From the NCBI GenBank assembly GCA_042218325.1, contig JBDGRE010000001.1:132356-196355 (forward strand): a stretch of DNA of 64,000 nt, read 5' to 3'. Position 1 is the stretch's first letter. Every line of letters begins with the position of its first letter. The position numbers and the translations under genes are program-made. The DNA is from Candidatus Nanohaloarchaea archaeon. Its GTDB lineage: Archaea > Nanohalarchaeota > Nanosalinia > Nanosalinales > Nanosalinaceae. The notes under the pieces were generated by a model. That model was not told the DNA's origin and did not search any database. It saw only the letters and a list, made by a program, of their open reading frames with translations. Positions 1 to 8,777 of the stretch are shown one piece after another.

Positions 1-110
1 TCTATGTCATCCTCGGTTTCAAGCATCTCGATGTGGTCCTCAAGAGAATCCTTGAGCGATCCCTCGTCAGGAGCGACCGCCTCGAATACCATCCAGAGCT
101 GTATCGCCAT
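1..110 (-). CDS. Hypothetical protein, 5' part only (runs off the window start)
   Basis: ATG at 110 reads MAIQLWMVFEAVAPDEGSLKDSLEDHIEMLETEDDI with no stop to the edge. It has an acidic composition and a TTTAAA box about 25 nt upstream. Not in the ORF track. Confidence 0.6.
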   Translation of the reverse strand, partial: MAIQLWMVFEAVAPDEGSLKDSLEDHIEMLETEDDI

Positions 111-188
111 AAACTTTCCCGCGAGCCCTACCTTTAAACTGGTATCGCCGTGGAACCGTTTTAAACAAGAGCAGACGAGTTTTAAACC

Positions 189-629
189 ATGGGCACGAGG
201 AAGAAAATCGACGAGATAAAGGTCAAGATGGAGGACGCCCGCCGCCACTACGGTGTCGACCAGAGAGAGCTCGGCAAGCTGATGATCGTCGTCTCGACCA
301 CATTGCTCGTGGTGTCCGCCCACGCGGCCCTGAGCTTCCGTAGCGCCGCGGAATCAGTGGAGTCGTTGAACAGCGAGCTCGACACTGTTTCTGGAATAGT
401 GAACTCTCCCAACTTCCAGACCGCGGTCGATGTCATAAGCTCCCTGAACAGCCAGGCCGTAACGCAGCAGGTGAACGCGCTGACAAGCGCGATGCAAGGC
501 CTCGAAAGCTCGGTGCAGAGTTCGCGGGAGGTCGAACAGTCCCTGAGAGACCGTTACGAGATGTACCAGTGGCTGGCGCTTGTCGCGGTCATGGGAGAGG
601 TCGCCGGCTTCTCGATAATCTACCTGTAG
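189..629 (+). CDS. Membrane protein with two TM segments flanking a coiled-coil
   Basis: 146 aa with hydrophobic stretches LMIVVSTTLLVVSAHAAL and WLALVAVMGEVAGFSIIYL. TTTTAAA box upstream. Confidence 0.75.
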   Translation: MGTRKKIDEIKVKMEDARRHYGVDQRELGKLMIVVSTTLLVVSAHAALSFRSAAESVESLNSELDTVSGIVNSPNFQTAVDVISSLNSQAVTQQVNALTSAMQGLESSVQSSREVEQSLRDRYEMYQWLALVAVMGEVAGFSIIYL

Positions 630-666
630 CGATAGATAATTAAGACTCCAGAGAGCTATCTACGAT

Positions 667-2007
667 ATGGAAAGGTCCTCCGGTGCCTTTTTCGCTGTCT
701 TTATCCTGCTAATGGCGGCGGGTGCATCCGCGAGAACCACGTTCGGCACAGGTACCGGTGAACCGCTGCCTAACATCACATCGCTATCGATCTACGACGT
801 AACAGGGCTCTCCAGCAGCCAGAAAGAGACCGGTGGAACGCTGGAGGACTCTGGTATAAACGAGACGTTCTTGGTCAACCAGTCTGACTACGACCGCGTC
901 TACAGGTTCTCCTTCAGGATAAGGAACGACGGCGACACGACCTGGTATGTAAACGATACCTCGAGCGACGTGATGTTCCACGACGGCCTCGACACATCGT
1001 GGAGCGTCACCAAGATCTGGTACAACATCTCGCAGGACTACGACTCCGGAACCTTCAAATCGGGCAAGGTCGACTGGAACACCTCGAAGGGCGGCTCGCT
1101 ATCGCCGGGGGGAGTGATGTACGCCAAGTATCTGGTCAACATCTCGCTTTCCCAGTCATCTAGCTACTTCCAGCAGTTCAAGGTGAACGAGACGCTGGAG
1201 AACGCGGGCAGCTACGACTACCACATCCTGGACGCGAACAGGCTCGGCTTCCTGAACCTCACCCTGCAGGAGCCACCCAACGATACGGTGGTGGTTCAGA
1301 ACGAGACCTTTATCCAGAACGTATCTGTTACCTGTGAAAAGGGAGAATGCGGAACCGTAACGGTTTCTCCCCGTTACAATAAGTCATCGAGTGCGGACAC
1401 TCTGATACCCGGGTCCTCTGGAAATCCTTTCTATACAAATAGCTCGAACCTGCAGACCTGCGCTTCATCGCTTACGAAGGACGAGACTTGCTTCTCAACT
1501 TGGTTCGTCAACTCTACAGGAACCCTCGAATCTTGGCATCTTCTTGACGGAAATGCCTCTTCCTCCTACAGCCGGGTTCAACAAAACGACTCCGAGGACC
1601 ATCTGGTGCAGATAAATAAAGCGCTGATATTCGATCTCACCTGGAACACCAACCGTTTCGGAGTCCTCGACCCGGGTTCGCAGAACAACTCGGCGCTCGG
1701 CAACAATGACCTCGAGTACAACCTGACTGTCGACGAGGACTCGGAGCCGATAGACAAGCTCTGGATAAGGTCGACCGCTCTGGAGAACCAGACCTCCGGT
1801 TACTACATCAACGCTTCCAACATGAGCTACTCGACCACGAACGATATTGCGACCGAGAACTTCTTCTCGACCAGCTACGAGCTCGTCATGACCGATATCA
1901 GTCCGGGTACCATCATCAACTTCTTCTTCTGGATGGATGTCCCTACAGGCATCAAGAAAGGAGGCTACAACGGCACCTACTACTTCAAGGTGAACTCGAC
2001 CGGGTGA
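667..2007 (+). CDS. Secreted glycoprotein with C-terminal pilin-like beta-sandwich domain (putative tip/adhesin subunit)
   Basis: Sec signal peptide, many N-x-S/T sequons and Cys pairs. The C-terminal domain runs RFGVLDPG...FWMDVPTGIKKGGYNGTYYFKV. No TM anchor. Confidence 0.7.
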   Translation: MERSSGAFFAVFILLMAAGASARTTFGTGTGEPLPNITSLSIYDVTGLSSSQKETGGTLEDSGINETFLVNQSDYDRVYRFSFRIRNDGDTTWYVNDTSSDVMFHDGLDTSWSVTKIWYNISQDYDSGTFKSGKVDWNTSKGGSLSPGGVMYAKYLVNISLSQSSSYFQQFKVNETLENAGSYDYHILDANRLGFLNLTLQEPPNDTVVVQNETFIQNVSVTCEKGECGTVTVSPRYNKSSSADTLIPGSSGNPFYTNSSNLQTCASSLTKDETCFSTWFVNSTGTLESWHLLDGNASSSYSRVQQNDSEDHLVQINKALIFDLTWNTNRFGVLDPGSQNNSALGNNDLEYNLTVDEDSEPIDKLWIRSTALENQTSGYYINASNMSYSTTNDIATENFFSTSYELVMTDISPGTIINFFFWMDVPTGIKKGGYNGTYYFKVNSTG

Positions 2008-2011
2008 GAAA

Positions 2012-2701
2012 GTGAGGAAGCAGCTGTATCCTACAATTGTTCTCCTCCTGCTTCTCCCTGCTGCAGTTTCCTTCGGTTCCTTCCCGGTCCAGAGCCAGAA
2101 AACTACAGAAGACCTCAAGGCGAACTTCACCCTGGGCCTGATCAATCCGGGAAACGATACCGCAAGAGTAAACCTGCGCGCACGAGAATCACCTGATTAT
2201 GGTGTCGAATTTCCTGACTCGAGTTTCCTGCTCGAGCCAACACCGGTCTCCAGGAACCCACGGGGAAGCGGATGGTACCATCTCGGCGATGGAAGATACG
2301 TGAAGGTCAGGTACATGGAGTTCAGGGTGGAGGCCAGCGAGAACCGTAGCTCCAACAGCCTCTCGGTATCTGTAACCGTGGCCGCGTCCGCAGGTACCGA
2401 AGAGGGGCAGGGTTCCTCCAGCCGGGTTGTCTACGTTAGAGAGCACAGTTTCGACCTCGAAGTTGAGAGAAAGATCGAGGAAGACGGGGGAAGCAGCCCG
2501 GAGTGGATAGAGATAGAAGATGGGAACCGCTCAGGTATCCGGAGCAACCGGACTGCTGCCGGGAACGGTTCCGAGTCCGGGAAGAACTATAAACCGGGCG
2601 GAGAAAGTAAAAGCACGGGGGAATCGGGGGCTAACGGCACGACTTTCGTGCTGCTACTGGCGGTGTTGATGATGGCAGCTTACACTTACCGGGTGGCCTG
2701 A
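2012..2701 (+). CDS. Secreted Ig-like protein with C-terminal TM anchor
   Basis: Signal peptide, NFTLGLINPGN motif, G/S-rich linker and C-terminal FVLLLAVLMMAAY. Confidence 0.7.
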   Translation: MRKQLYPTIVLLLLLPAAVSFGSFPVQSQKTTEDLKANFTLGLINPGNDTARVNLRARESPDYGVEFPDSSFLLEPTPVSRNPRGSGWYHLGDGRYVKVRYMEFRVEASENRSSNSLSVSVTVAASAGTEEGQGSSSRVVYVREHSFDLEVERKIEEDGGSSPEWIEIEDGNRSGIRSNRTAAGNGSESGKNYKPGGESKSTGESGANGTTFVLLLAVLMMAAYTYRVA

Positions 2702-4546
2702 ATGGGCAGGAGACAGTACTTGCTGGTACTAGTTCCGGTGTTGCTCTTCACGGGCCCGGCCCTGACCGCGAGCTCGGATACCAGCGGCGATGGAACTGTG
2801 GGCGTGAGTATCGACAGGATCTGCCAGGTGGAGCAGAACGAGTTCGAACCACCGGGAGAAGAAACCTTCACGGTCGACAACAGCACGTACACACTTAACG
2901 CGATCGGAGTAAACGAGACAGGGGAATTCCTCTTCGATTTCTACAACACTGGCAACCGGAACGCAACAGTAACTGTCAACCTGACGGTTACTAACGAGAC
3001 CGATTTCTGGACTCCTGGAGAACCGAAGGGTAACTTCGTCAACCTCTCGAAGCAGGAAGAACTGGTCAAAGAATCATACGAGCCTTTCACGGTGCAGACC
3101 ACTTACTACATACCGCCGGGCGAGCTGGCCATCGGCAACACGTTCTACCTGATGACCAAGCTTTTCCAGGCCCAGTACCCGCCCGGCTTCTACGCAGGGA
3201 GGCTTAACATCAACTACACGTGCCCGAACCTGAACCGCAGCAAGAACATCTCTCGGCACGCCAACTTCTTGCTGGTCGAGTCCAAGATACTGACCGCGGG
3301 CGGAGAGGGCAACATAACAGGTGGAACTAAGGGAGACATACCTTCCGAGACACCTTTCCCGGCGCTGGCCAACTTCACGGGCAACCTTACGACGAACACA
3401 ACAGCTCCGAGGAGAGCCAACAAGTCAGGCAACTACACCTCGAACATCACCCGTCCCGAGGGGATCAGCGACCAGGGCAACTACTCCACCAACCAGACCG
3501 CCTACAGGGAGGACACGCCGCAGGGCGCGGAAGTGAACCAGACCTTCCCCGCGGACGCCAACAGGACAGGCGAAACATCGAACCAGACCGTCCAGCAGGA
3601 AGCGAACCGTACCGGCGGCCAGGGACAGACTGTACCGGGTGACAATCCTCAACCCGGTCGATCTCCAGAACCAAGGCCCCGTCTCCAGATAGACGTGGAA
3701 CCCTTCAAGAACGTTTACAGCGCCTCACCGGGCCAGTACGCTCCTGTCGCGCTTCAGGTCCAGAACCTCGGTGACACAGCGATACAGGACTTCCAGGTAA
3801 CCCCTTCGATAGGTGAGATAAGGCAGGGCTGGCAGGTGCGCTCCGCCAGCGTATCATCGATACCGGCGGGAGGGAACATCACGAGAGAGGTGTTCGTAAG
3901 ACCTCCAGCAGACGTGGCCACAGGGAAGTACGTTTCGCCGGTGGTCGCGGGCAACGGGACGGCCCGTTACGACCTCGACTACTTCACTGTCAAGGTGACC
4001 GAGCCGCCCGAGAGAAGCGCCCGTATATCGATACAGGAGTCTCCCAGCTCCGCCAGCCTGCCGACCAACTCGACCCGGAGGATACCTGTATTGGTAGAGA
4101 ACACTGGCAAGGTGCCGCTGACAGATGTCACCGCGAGGCTACAGAACGCGGAGAACTGCGCTGTCACGCGCTCCTCTACCGTGGACAGGGTGGATGTCAA
4201 CGAGACAGCTTCACTGAGCGTCGAGGTGGAGACAGCCTCCGAGGCCACGAGCTGTGACGCGCAGCTGATAGTTTCTTCCTCGGAGGGAGCCTACGCATTC
4301 GGAGATGTCCAGTTCTCGACCAGACCCGAGGGAGGTTTCATTCCTGTAAGGCAGCGCGTACCGTTCCTCGCTATAGCTTGGACGCTTGTACTTGCGGCCT
4401 ACGCTGTGCTGAAGAAACGCTATCAGCTTGAATCTGGTATCGTCAAGGCGCCGTTCGTGCTGCTGCTCACAGGAGAATCCGTCATCATCCTGTACCTCAT
4501 AGTGAACTACTACGGGTTCGTCAGCGTCGCCTTCCTGCCGTTCTGA
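2702..4546 (+). CDS. Membrane-anchored surface glycoprotein with CARDB/NEW3-like Ig domains
   Basis: Signal peptide, Ig-like motifs (VQNLGD, VENTGKVPLTDV, PPADVATGKY), a sequon-rich repeat stalk and two C-terminal TM helices. Confidence 0.75.
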   Translation: MGRRQYLLVLVPVLLFTGPALTASSDTSGDGTVGVSIDRICQVEQNEFEPPGEETFTVDNSTYTLNAIGVNETGEFLFDFYNTGNRNATVTVNLTVTNETDFWTPGEPKGNFVNLSKQEELVKESYEPFTVQTTYYIPPGELAIGNTFYLMTKLFQAQYPPGFYAGRLNINYTCPNLNRSKNISRHANFLLVESKILTAGGEGNITGGTKGDIPSETPFPALANFTGNLTTNTTAPRRANKSGNYTSNITRPEGISDQGNYSTNQTAYREDTPQGAEVNQTFPADANRTGETSNQTVQQEANRTGGQGQTVPGDNPQPGRSPEPRPRLQIDVEPFKNVYSASPGQYAPVALQVQNLGDTAIQDFQVTPSIGEIRQGWQVRSASVSSIPAGGNITREVFVRPPADVATGKYVSPVVAGNGTARYDLDYFTVKVTEPPERSARISIQESPSSASLPTNSTRRIPVLVENTGKVPLTDVTARLQNAENCAVTRSSTVDRVDVNETASLSVEVETASEATSCDAQLIVSSSEGAYAFGDVQFSTRPEGGFIPVRQRVPFLAIAWTLVLAAYAVLKKRYQLESGIVKAPFVLLLTGESVIILYLIVNYYGFVSVAFLPF

Positions 4547-5070
4547 CCCGCGAGCATCTCCACGCCGGAAAGGCTCACGGCCAACACAACCAGTATAAAG
4601 GCCAGGGAAACTGGCAGGGCCCAGCTCCTGCTGACTTCAGCTACGGACAGGAAGCTCTCCACGTCACCCTCGGAACCGATGGTGAGAAGTATCGACATCA
4701 GCATACCGGTTCCCGCCGCGGCGAGCGTATTGGCGCGGAAACTCTTCAACCTGCTGGCCGCCACGATAGCACCCCAGCCTGCCACGAGCGTGGAAAGGTA
4801 CCCCAGTGAGTAGAAGACGAGCAGGAACCCGTCGGATGGTGTGCATAAGGGCCGGACGATGGCGTGGGCCCCTCCCACGAAACTGAAACCTATCTCGGTG
4901 CTGTACGGGCACCCGATCAGCCACAGGGGCAGCACGTGGAAGAGTTCGTGTATGAACTGTCCTATCAACAGGAAGGATGCCAGGAACGTGGCTGACACGG
5001 TCACGTGGGAAAGTATCTTCCTGCGCTTCCGGGAGCTTTCAAGGTCTTTCAGGTGTTTCTCCGGCAGCAT
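4510..5070 (-). CDS. Small multi-TM protein with HExxH motif (M50-like/zincin intramembrane metallopeptidase candidate)
   Basis: FIHELFHV sits at the end of a TM helix, with a downstream GD (EGDV) and 4 hydrophobic segments. Confidence 0.6.
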   Translation of the reverse strand: MLPEKHLKDLESSRKRRKILSHVTVSATFLASFLLIGQFIHELFHVLPLWLIGCPYSTEIGFSFVGGAHAIVRPLCTPSDGFLLVFYSLGYLSTLVAGWGAIVAASRLKSFRANTLAAAGTGMLMSILLTIGSEGDVESFLSVAEVSRSWALPVSLAFILVVLAVSLSGVEMLAGQNGRKATLTNP

Positions 5071-6762
5071 CTATACCGCCTTCACGACCTTCTTCGCGGT
5101 TTCCACCATGGAATCTATCTCGTCCTCGTCTATGGTGCCGGCGTACTCGTCCTTTGCAAGTGCCCTGAAGAACTCGACCACCTCGTCGAGGTTCTTACCT
5201 TTCCTGCCCTCCAGCTTGTCCGCCAGCTCATTGTAGGTCATCTCCCGCTCTATCTCGAACTTGAACTCGAGGTAGCCTTTCAGTATGTGGGCTGTCTTTA
5301 TGGCGGCCTCCTTCTTCTCCAAGTCGCTGTATTCGTCAAGTAGCTGCAGCACTTTCTGCTTCCTGATATTCTTCTCCTCGCCTGAGCCGCCGCCCCTGCG
5401 GAATATCTCTCTCACCCGGTCTCCCACGCCGGCCACATGCCTGAGCTGGTCCCTGAGCCCTTCCCCGCTGTCCTCCTCTTCCTCTTCTTTCACGGCCCCC
5501 ATAAGCATCTGGAGGTCTTCCTCGGCCTCGGTCTCCATCTCTTCCCTGTCCTTGTCCTCCTCTTCCTCCTCAACAGTATCGGTGCTTCTTCTCTCCCGGG
5601 CTATCTTCTCGAGGTCCTCGAGACTGGCCTGGTTCAGGATGTCCTCGTCGAAGTCGTCCTCCAGTTCTTCTATCAGTTCCTCCCTCTTCTCCTTCTCCTG
5701 CCTTAGGCGTTCCAGCTCCTCGAGAGATACCTCCCGTAGCTGCTCATCAGGTATGTCGACCCCGAGGTCATCGGCTATCTCCCTCTTCTCCTCGAGTTCG
5801 CCGCCATCCTCTACCTCGCCCTCTTCGCTCTCTTCTTCCTCATTGGTCCCGTCTGTATCCCCATCGCCTTCGTCTCCGGGTTCCTCCCCGCTGTCTTCTT
5901 CCTCTTCCTCGCTGGACTGGTCTCCGGTCTCTCCCGGTGACTCTCCTCCGGGAGCCTCGTTACCGGGCCTGGTTTCCCCGGTGCTATCATCTCCGGGATC
6001 TTGGCCCCCGGTCCCCTGTGGTCCTGTCGACCCGGTTTCCCCTGTCTGCGAGGTTTCTCCTCCACCTGTTTCTTGCCCCCCTGTTTCCGCTTTATCCTCC
6101 TTTGCGCTGTCCTCAACCGATGTACCTTGTTCTCCCTCGCGGGATATCTCCCTCATGGCCTCCGAAAGCCTGCGGCTGCCGCCAGAGTTACTCCCATCTC
6201 CTGCGCCGCTTGCCGCGGTATCCATGTCGACCTGTTCTATATCCTGCTCGAGTTCGTGTATGTCCTGCTCGGTCTCGTGGACGTCCTCGGCCAGTTTTTT
6301 CTCCGCTCTCCGTTCATCAAGGAACTTTTTCGCGGTCTTCCTGTCCTTGAGCGATCTTTCGGCCTCGAGCAGTTCCCCGAGCTGCTCCCTGTCAAGCCTG
6401 TGGAACCTTACGAACTCCTTGAGCTCTTCCACGGTGCCCTTGACCGCCTCCATCATCTCGTTTCGGCCTACATCCTCGGGTGGTACAGGTTCCGCTATTT
6501 TCTCCACGTCCTCTATCTGCTTCATCGCGGCCTGTATCTCGTCTACGTCTTCCTTCGCTGTTTCGAGACCTTCCTTCAGGTCTTCATCATCTATCTGGTT
6601 CCTGAGAAAATTTTTGGCGGTCTTCCTGTTCTTGTGCGACTCTTCGGCGTCAAGCAGGTCGACAAGCATGTCGCGGTCAGGCTCGTTCTCCCTGACATAC
6701 TCCCTGAGGTCCTCGACTGTACCGTCAACGACTTCAAGTACTTCGAACTCGGTCTCCGCCAT
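5071..6762 (-). CDS. Highly acidic cytoplasmic protein with two N-terminal ~44-aa repeats and a DUF4129-like C-terminus
   Basis: Repeats GTVEDL...AEESHKNRKTAKNFL and GTVEEL...AERSLKDRKTAKKFL, an E/G-rich linker and C-terminal EMTYNEL...EYAG. Lies downstream of the vWA gene. Confidence 0.75.
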   Translation of the reverse strand: MAETEFEVLEVVDGTVEDLREYVRENEPDRDMLVDLLDAEESHKNRKTAKNFLRNQIDDEDLKEGLETAKEDVDEIQAAMKQIEDVEKIAEPVPPEDVGRNEMMEAVKGTVEELKEFVRFHRLDREQLGELLEAERSLKDRKTAKKFLDERRAEKKLAEDVHETEQDIHELEQDIEQVDMDTAASGAGDGSNSGGSRRLSEAMREISREGEQGTSVEDSAKEDKAETGGQETGGGETSQTGETGSTGPQGTGGQDPGDDSTGETRPGNEAPGGESPGETGDQSSEEEEEDSGEEPGDEGDGDTDGTNEEEESEEGEVEDGGELEEKREIADDLGVDIPDEQLREVSLEELERLRQEKEKREELIEELEDDFDEDILNQASLEDLEKIARERRSTDTVEEEEEDKDREEMETEAEEDLQMLMGAVKEEEEEDSGEGLRDQLRHVAGVGDRVREIFRRGGGSGEEKNIRKQKVLQLLDEYSDLEKKEAAIKTAHILKGYLEFKFEIEREMTYNELADKLEGRKGKNLDEVVEFFRALAKDEYAGTIDEDEIDSMVETAKKVVKAV

Positions 6763-6810
6763 CGCTTGAGTATTGTGACGCCTTAAATAAGGGTTTATGG
6801 CGCTTTCGGG

Positions 6811-7761
6811 TCAAGGCAGGATGCTGTAACGCGTGGTGCCCAGTATCCACTCCGCCAGCATCAGGGCGAGCGCAAGGAATATGAAGTAGATGGAGATATC
6901 CGTCCTCTGGGTCGACTTCTCGAAGCTGAGGAACGCTGATTCAAGCTCGGCGCGGTCGGTAACGGTCAGCAGCCGGCCTCCGGTCTTCTTCGCCGTCCTG
7001 TTCAGCTTTCCGGGGTTCAGGTTCGGGAACTCGGCGCGTGACGCGTTCTGGCCCTCCACGGTTCCGAACTGCTGCCCTCTTTCCTCTGTGCTCCCGATGC
7101 CTATAGCGGTAACGGTGACGTTCTGCTTCTGTGCGAACTGAATGGACTCGTTCAGCGAGCTGCCGACGTTGTTCCTGCCGTCGGTGACCAGTATCAGCCG
7201 CCGGGTCTCGTTGCTATCCATCAGCATGCTGGAGCCCGTGAATATGGCGTCTCCTATGGCTGTACCTGCGGCCTGACCCATCCCGATGTTCGAGATGCTC
7301 TCCTTCACAGCATCAGTATCAGGGGTGAGCTCCTGTTCTCTTTTGACGTCGCCCGAGAACGATATGACACCTATCTCCACGGAGTCGGACAGCCTGTTGA
7401 CGAACTGCCGGGAGACGTCCTTGGCGGCCTGCAACCTGTTCGGCTCGAAATCCGAAGTCAGCATAGAGCCGGAGGCATCTATCGCCACGACGTAATCGGA
7501 ACCGGTGGACGGTACCTCCCGGACGATGACAGGGTTGGATATACCGATTATCAACGCGGTAAGCGCCAGAAGACGGGCGACGAGTATGACGTTGCTCGAC
7601 TTGAGGAAGTTCTTGCCCGCGACTTTTTGTAATGTCTCGTAGTTCCCGAACTTCATCGCGCGCTGCTTTTTCTTCTTCTTGGCCCCGATGTAGAACAGTA
7701 TCGCCAGCCCGTTCACCAGGAACAGGATATTGGCGTACTGGTCGGTGAAGACGAGCTTCAT
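6811..7761 (-). CDS. BatA-like von Willebrand A domain membrane protein
   Basis: MIDAS DASGSM, GTAIGDAI and LVTDG motifs, with N- and C-terminal TM segments. Confidence 0.9.
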   Translation of the reverse strand: MKLVFTDQYANILFLVNGLAILFYIGAKKKKKQRAMKFGNYETLQKVAGKNFLKSSNVILVARLLALTALIIGISNPVIVREVPSTGSDYVVAIDASGSMLTSDFEPNRLQAAKDVSRQFVNRLSDSVEIGVISFSGDVKREQELTPDTDAVKESISNIGMGQAAGTAIGDAIFTGSSMLMDSNETRRLILVTDGRNNVGSSLNESIQFAQKQNVTVTAIGIGSTEERGQQFGTVEGQNASRAEFPNLNPGKLNRTAKKTGGRLLTVTDRAELESAFLSFEKSTQRTDISIYFIFLALALMLAEWILGTTRYSILP

Positions 7762-7873
7762 CGGTCGAAGTCACCTTCTATGCGACTTCTCCGTGAAGAT
7801 TTCCGGCCCAAATCTTCGACTAAAAACCTTCTCGCGGCGTGTTTTCTCAAGATGCTTTTTCGAGGAAAAACCA

Positions 7874-8776
7874 TCACCATTCACCCTGGTCCTGGTCGAA
7901 GAACTCGGCGAACTCGGCCGAGAAGTTGTCGCGGGTGTCGACCTTCATGAAGCTGGAGCCGCTGCCCTTGAGCTGTTCCTCGAGTTTTTCCTCCTGCTTC
8001 CGGGCCTCCTCGTTGAACTCTTCCCGGACTCGGTCCGTGTTAACCACCATCTCTCCGCCGCCCGAGGCCGACTCGAACCGGAAGTTGCCCGACTTCGGCA
8101 GCTCGTAATCCCGTTTATCTCTGACCATCACGCTCATGAAGTGCCGGAACTTCTTGTTCGCGAGCGTCACCTTGGTCTTCCAGTCGCCCTCGGTTTCAAG
8201 GAAGTCGGACACCAGGAATATCGCGGTGTTCTCCTTCACCTTTCCTATAACGTCGTTCATCGCGTCCTCGAGGTCGAACGTCCCGCCGTAGTTGTCGAAC
8301 TCGGAGAGCTCATCGAGGAAGCGGTCGTACTGTCTCGTACCTCCTGATGGCTCGAGGAACACGCTTTCCTCGCCCCACATCCCCATCCCGACGTCGATAC
8401 CAGCCTCGACTGACGCGTACGCTATCGCAGCGGTCACGATGGCCGCGTACTCTGACTTGAGTTTATCTGCGGTGCCGAACTCCATCGTGTCGGACACGTC
8501 GAGCATCACGAACGCGTCCATGTTCAGGTCCTCCTCGTACTGCTTCACGTAGAGGTCGGGCTTCCCCGCGCTGTTTTTCCAGTCGATACGTGAGGCGTCG
8601 TCGCTCGGCAGGTACTGCCTGAGGCCGGAGAACTCTACGCCGGAGGGCTGGAAGTGGCGCTGGTACTTCAGCACGAACCGGAAAAGGTTGGATATGCGTT
8701 TGACCTCCGCATCCATTTTGTCCCGGAGGTCTCTTCTCGAGATGAACTCCTCCTCCATCTCTTCAAGGTCTTCCAT
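7874..8776 (-). CDS. DUF58 family protein
   Basis: SGVEFSGLRQYLPSDDASRIDWK, LDVSDTM and LVSDFL motifs. Directly downstream of moxR. Confidence 0.9.
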   Translation of the reverse strand: MEDLEEMEEEFISRRDLRDKMDAEVKRISNLFRFVLKYQRHFQPSGVEFSGLRQYLPSDDASRIDWKNSAGKPDLYVKQYEEDLNMDAFVMLDVSDTMEFGTADKLKSEYAAIVTAAIAYASVEAGIDVGMGMWGEESVFLEPSGGTRQYDRFLDELSEFDNYGGTFDLEDAMNDVIGKVKENTAIFLVSDFLETEGDWKTKVTLANKKFRHFMSVMVRDKRDYELPKSGNFRFESASGGGEMVVNTDRVREEFNEEARKQEEKLEEQLKGSGSSFMKVDTRDNFSAEFAEFFDQDQGEW

Positions 8777-8777
8777 A

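Noticed and set aside
5285-6769. Long Ser-rich ORFs antisense to acidic genes (also 30915-31655, 32745-33965, 16386-17192)
   Set aside because: These are shadow frames: the reverse complements of Glu/Asp-rich codons give stop-free Ser/Phe/Leu runs, with no motifs.
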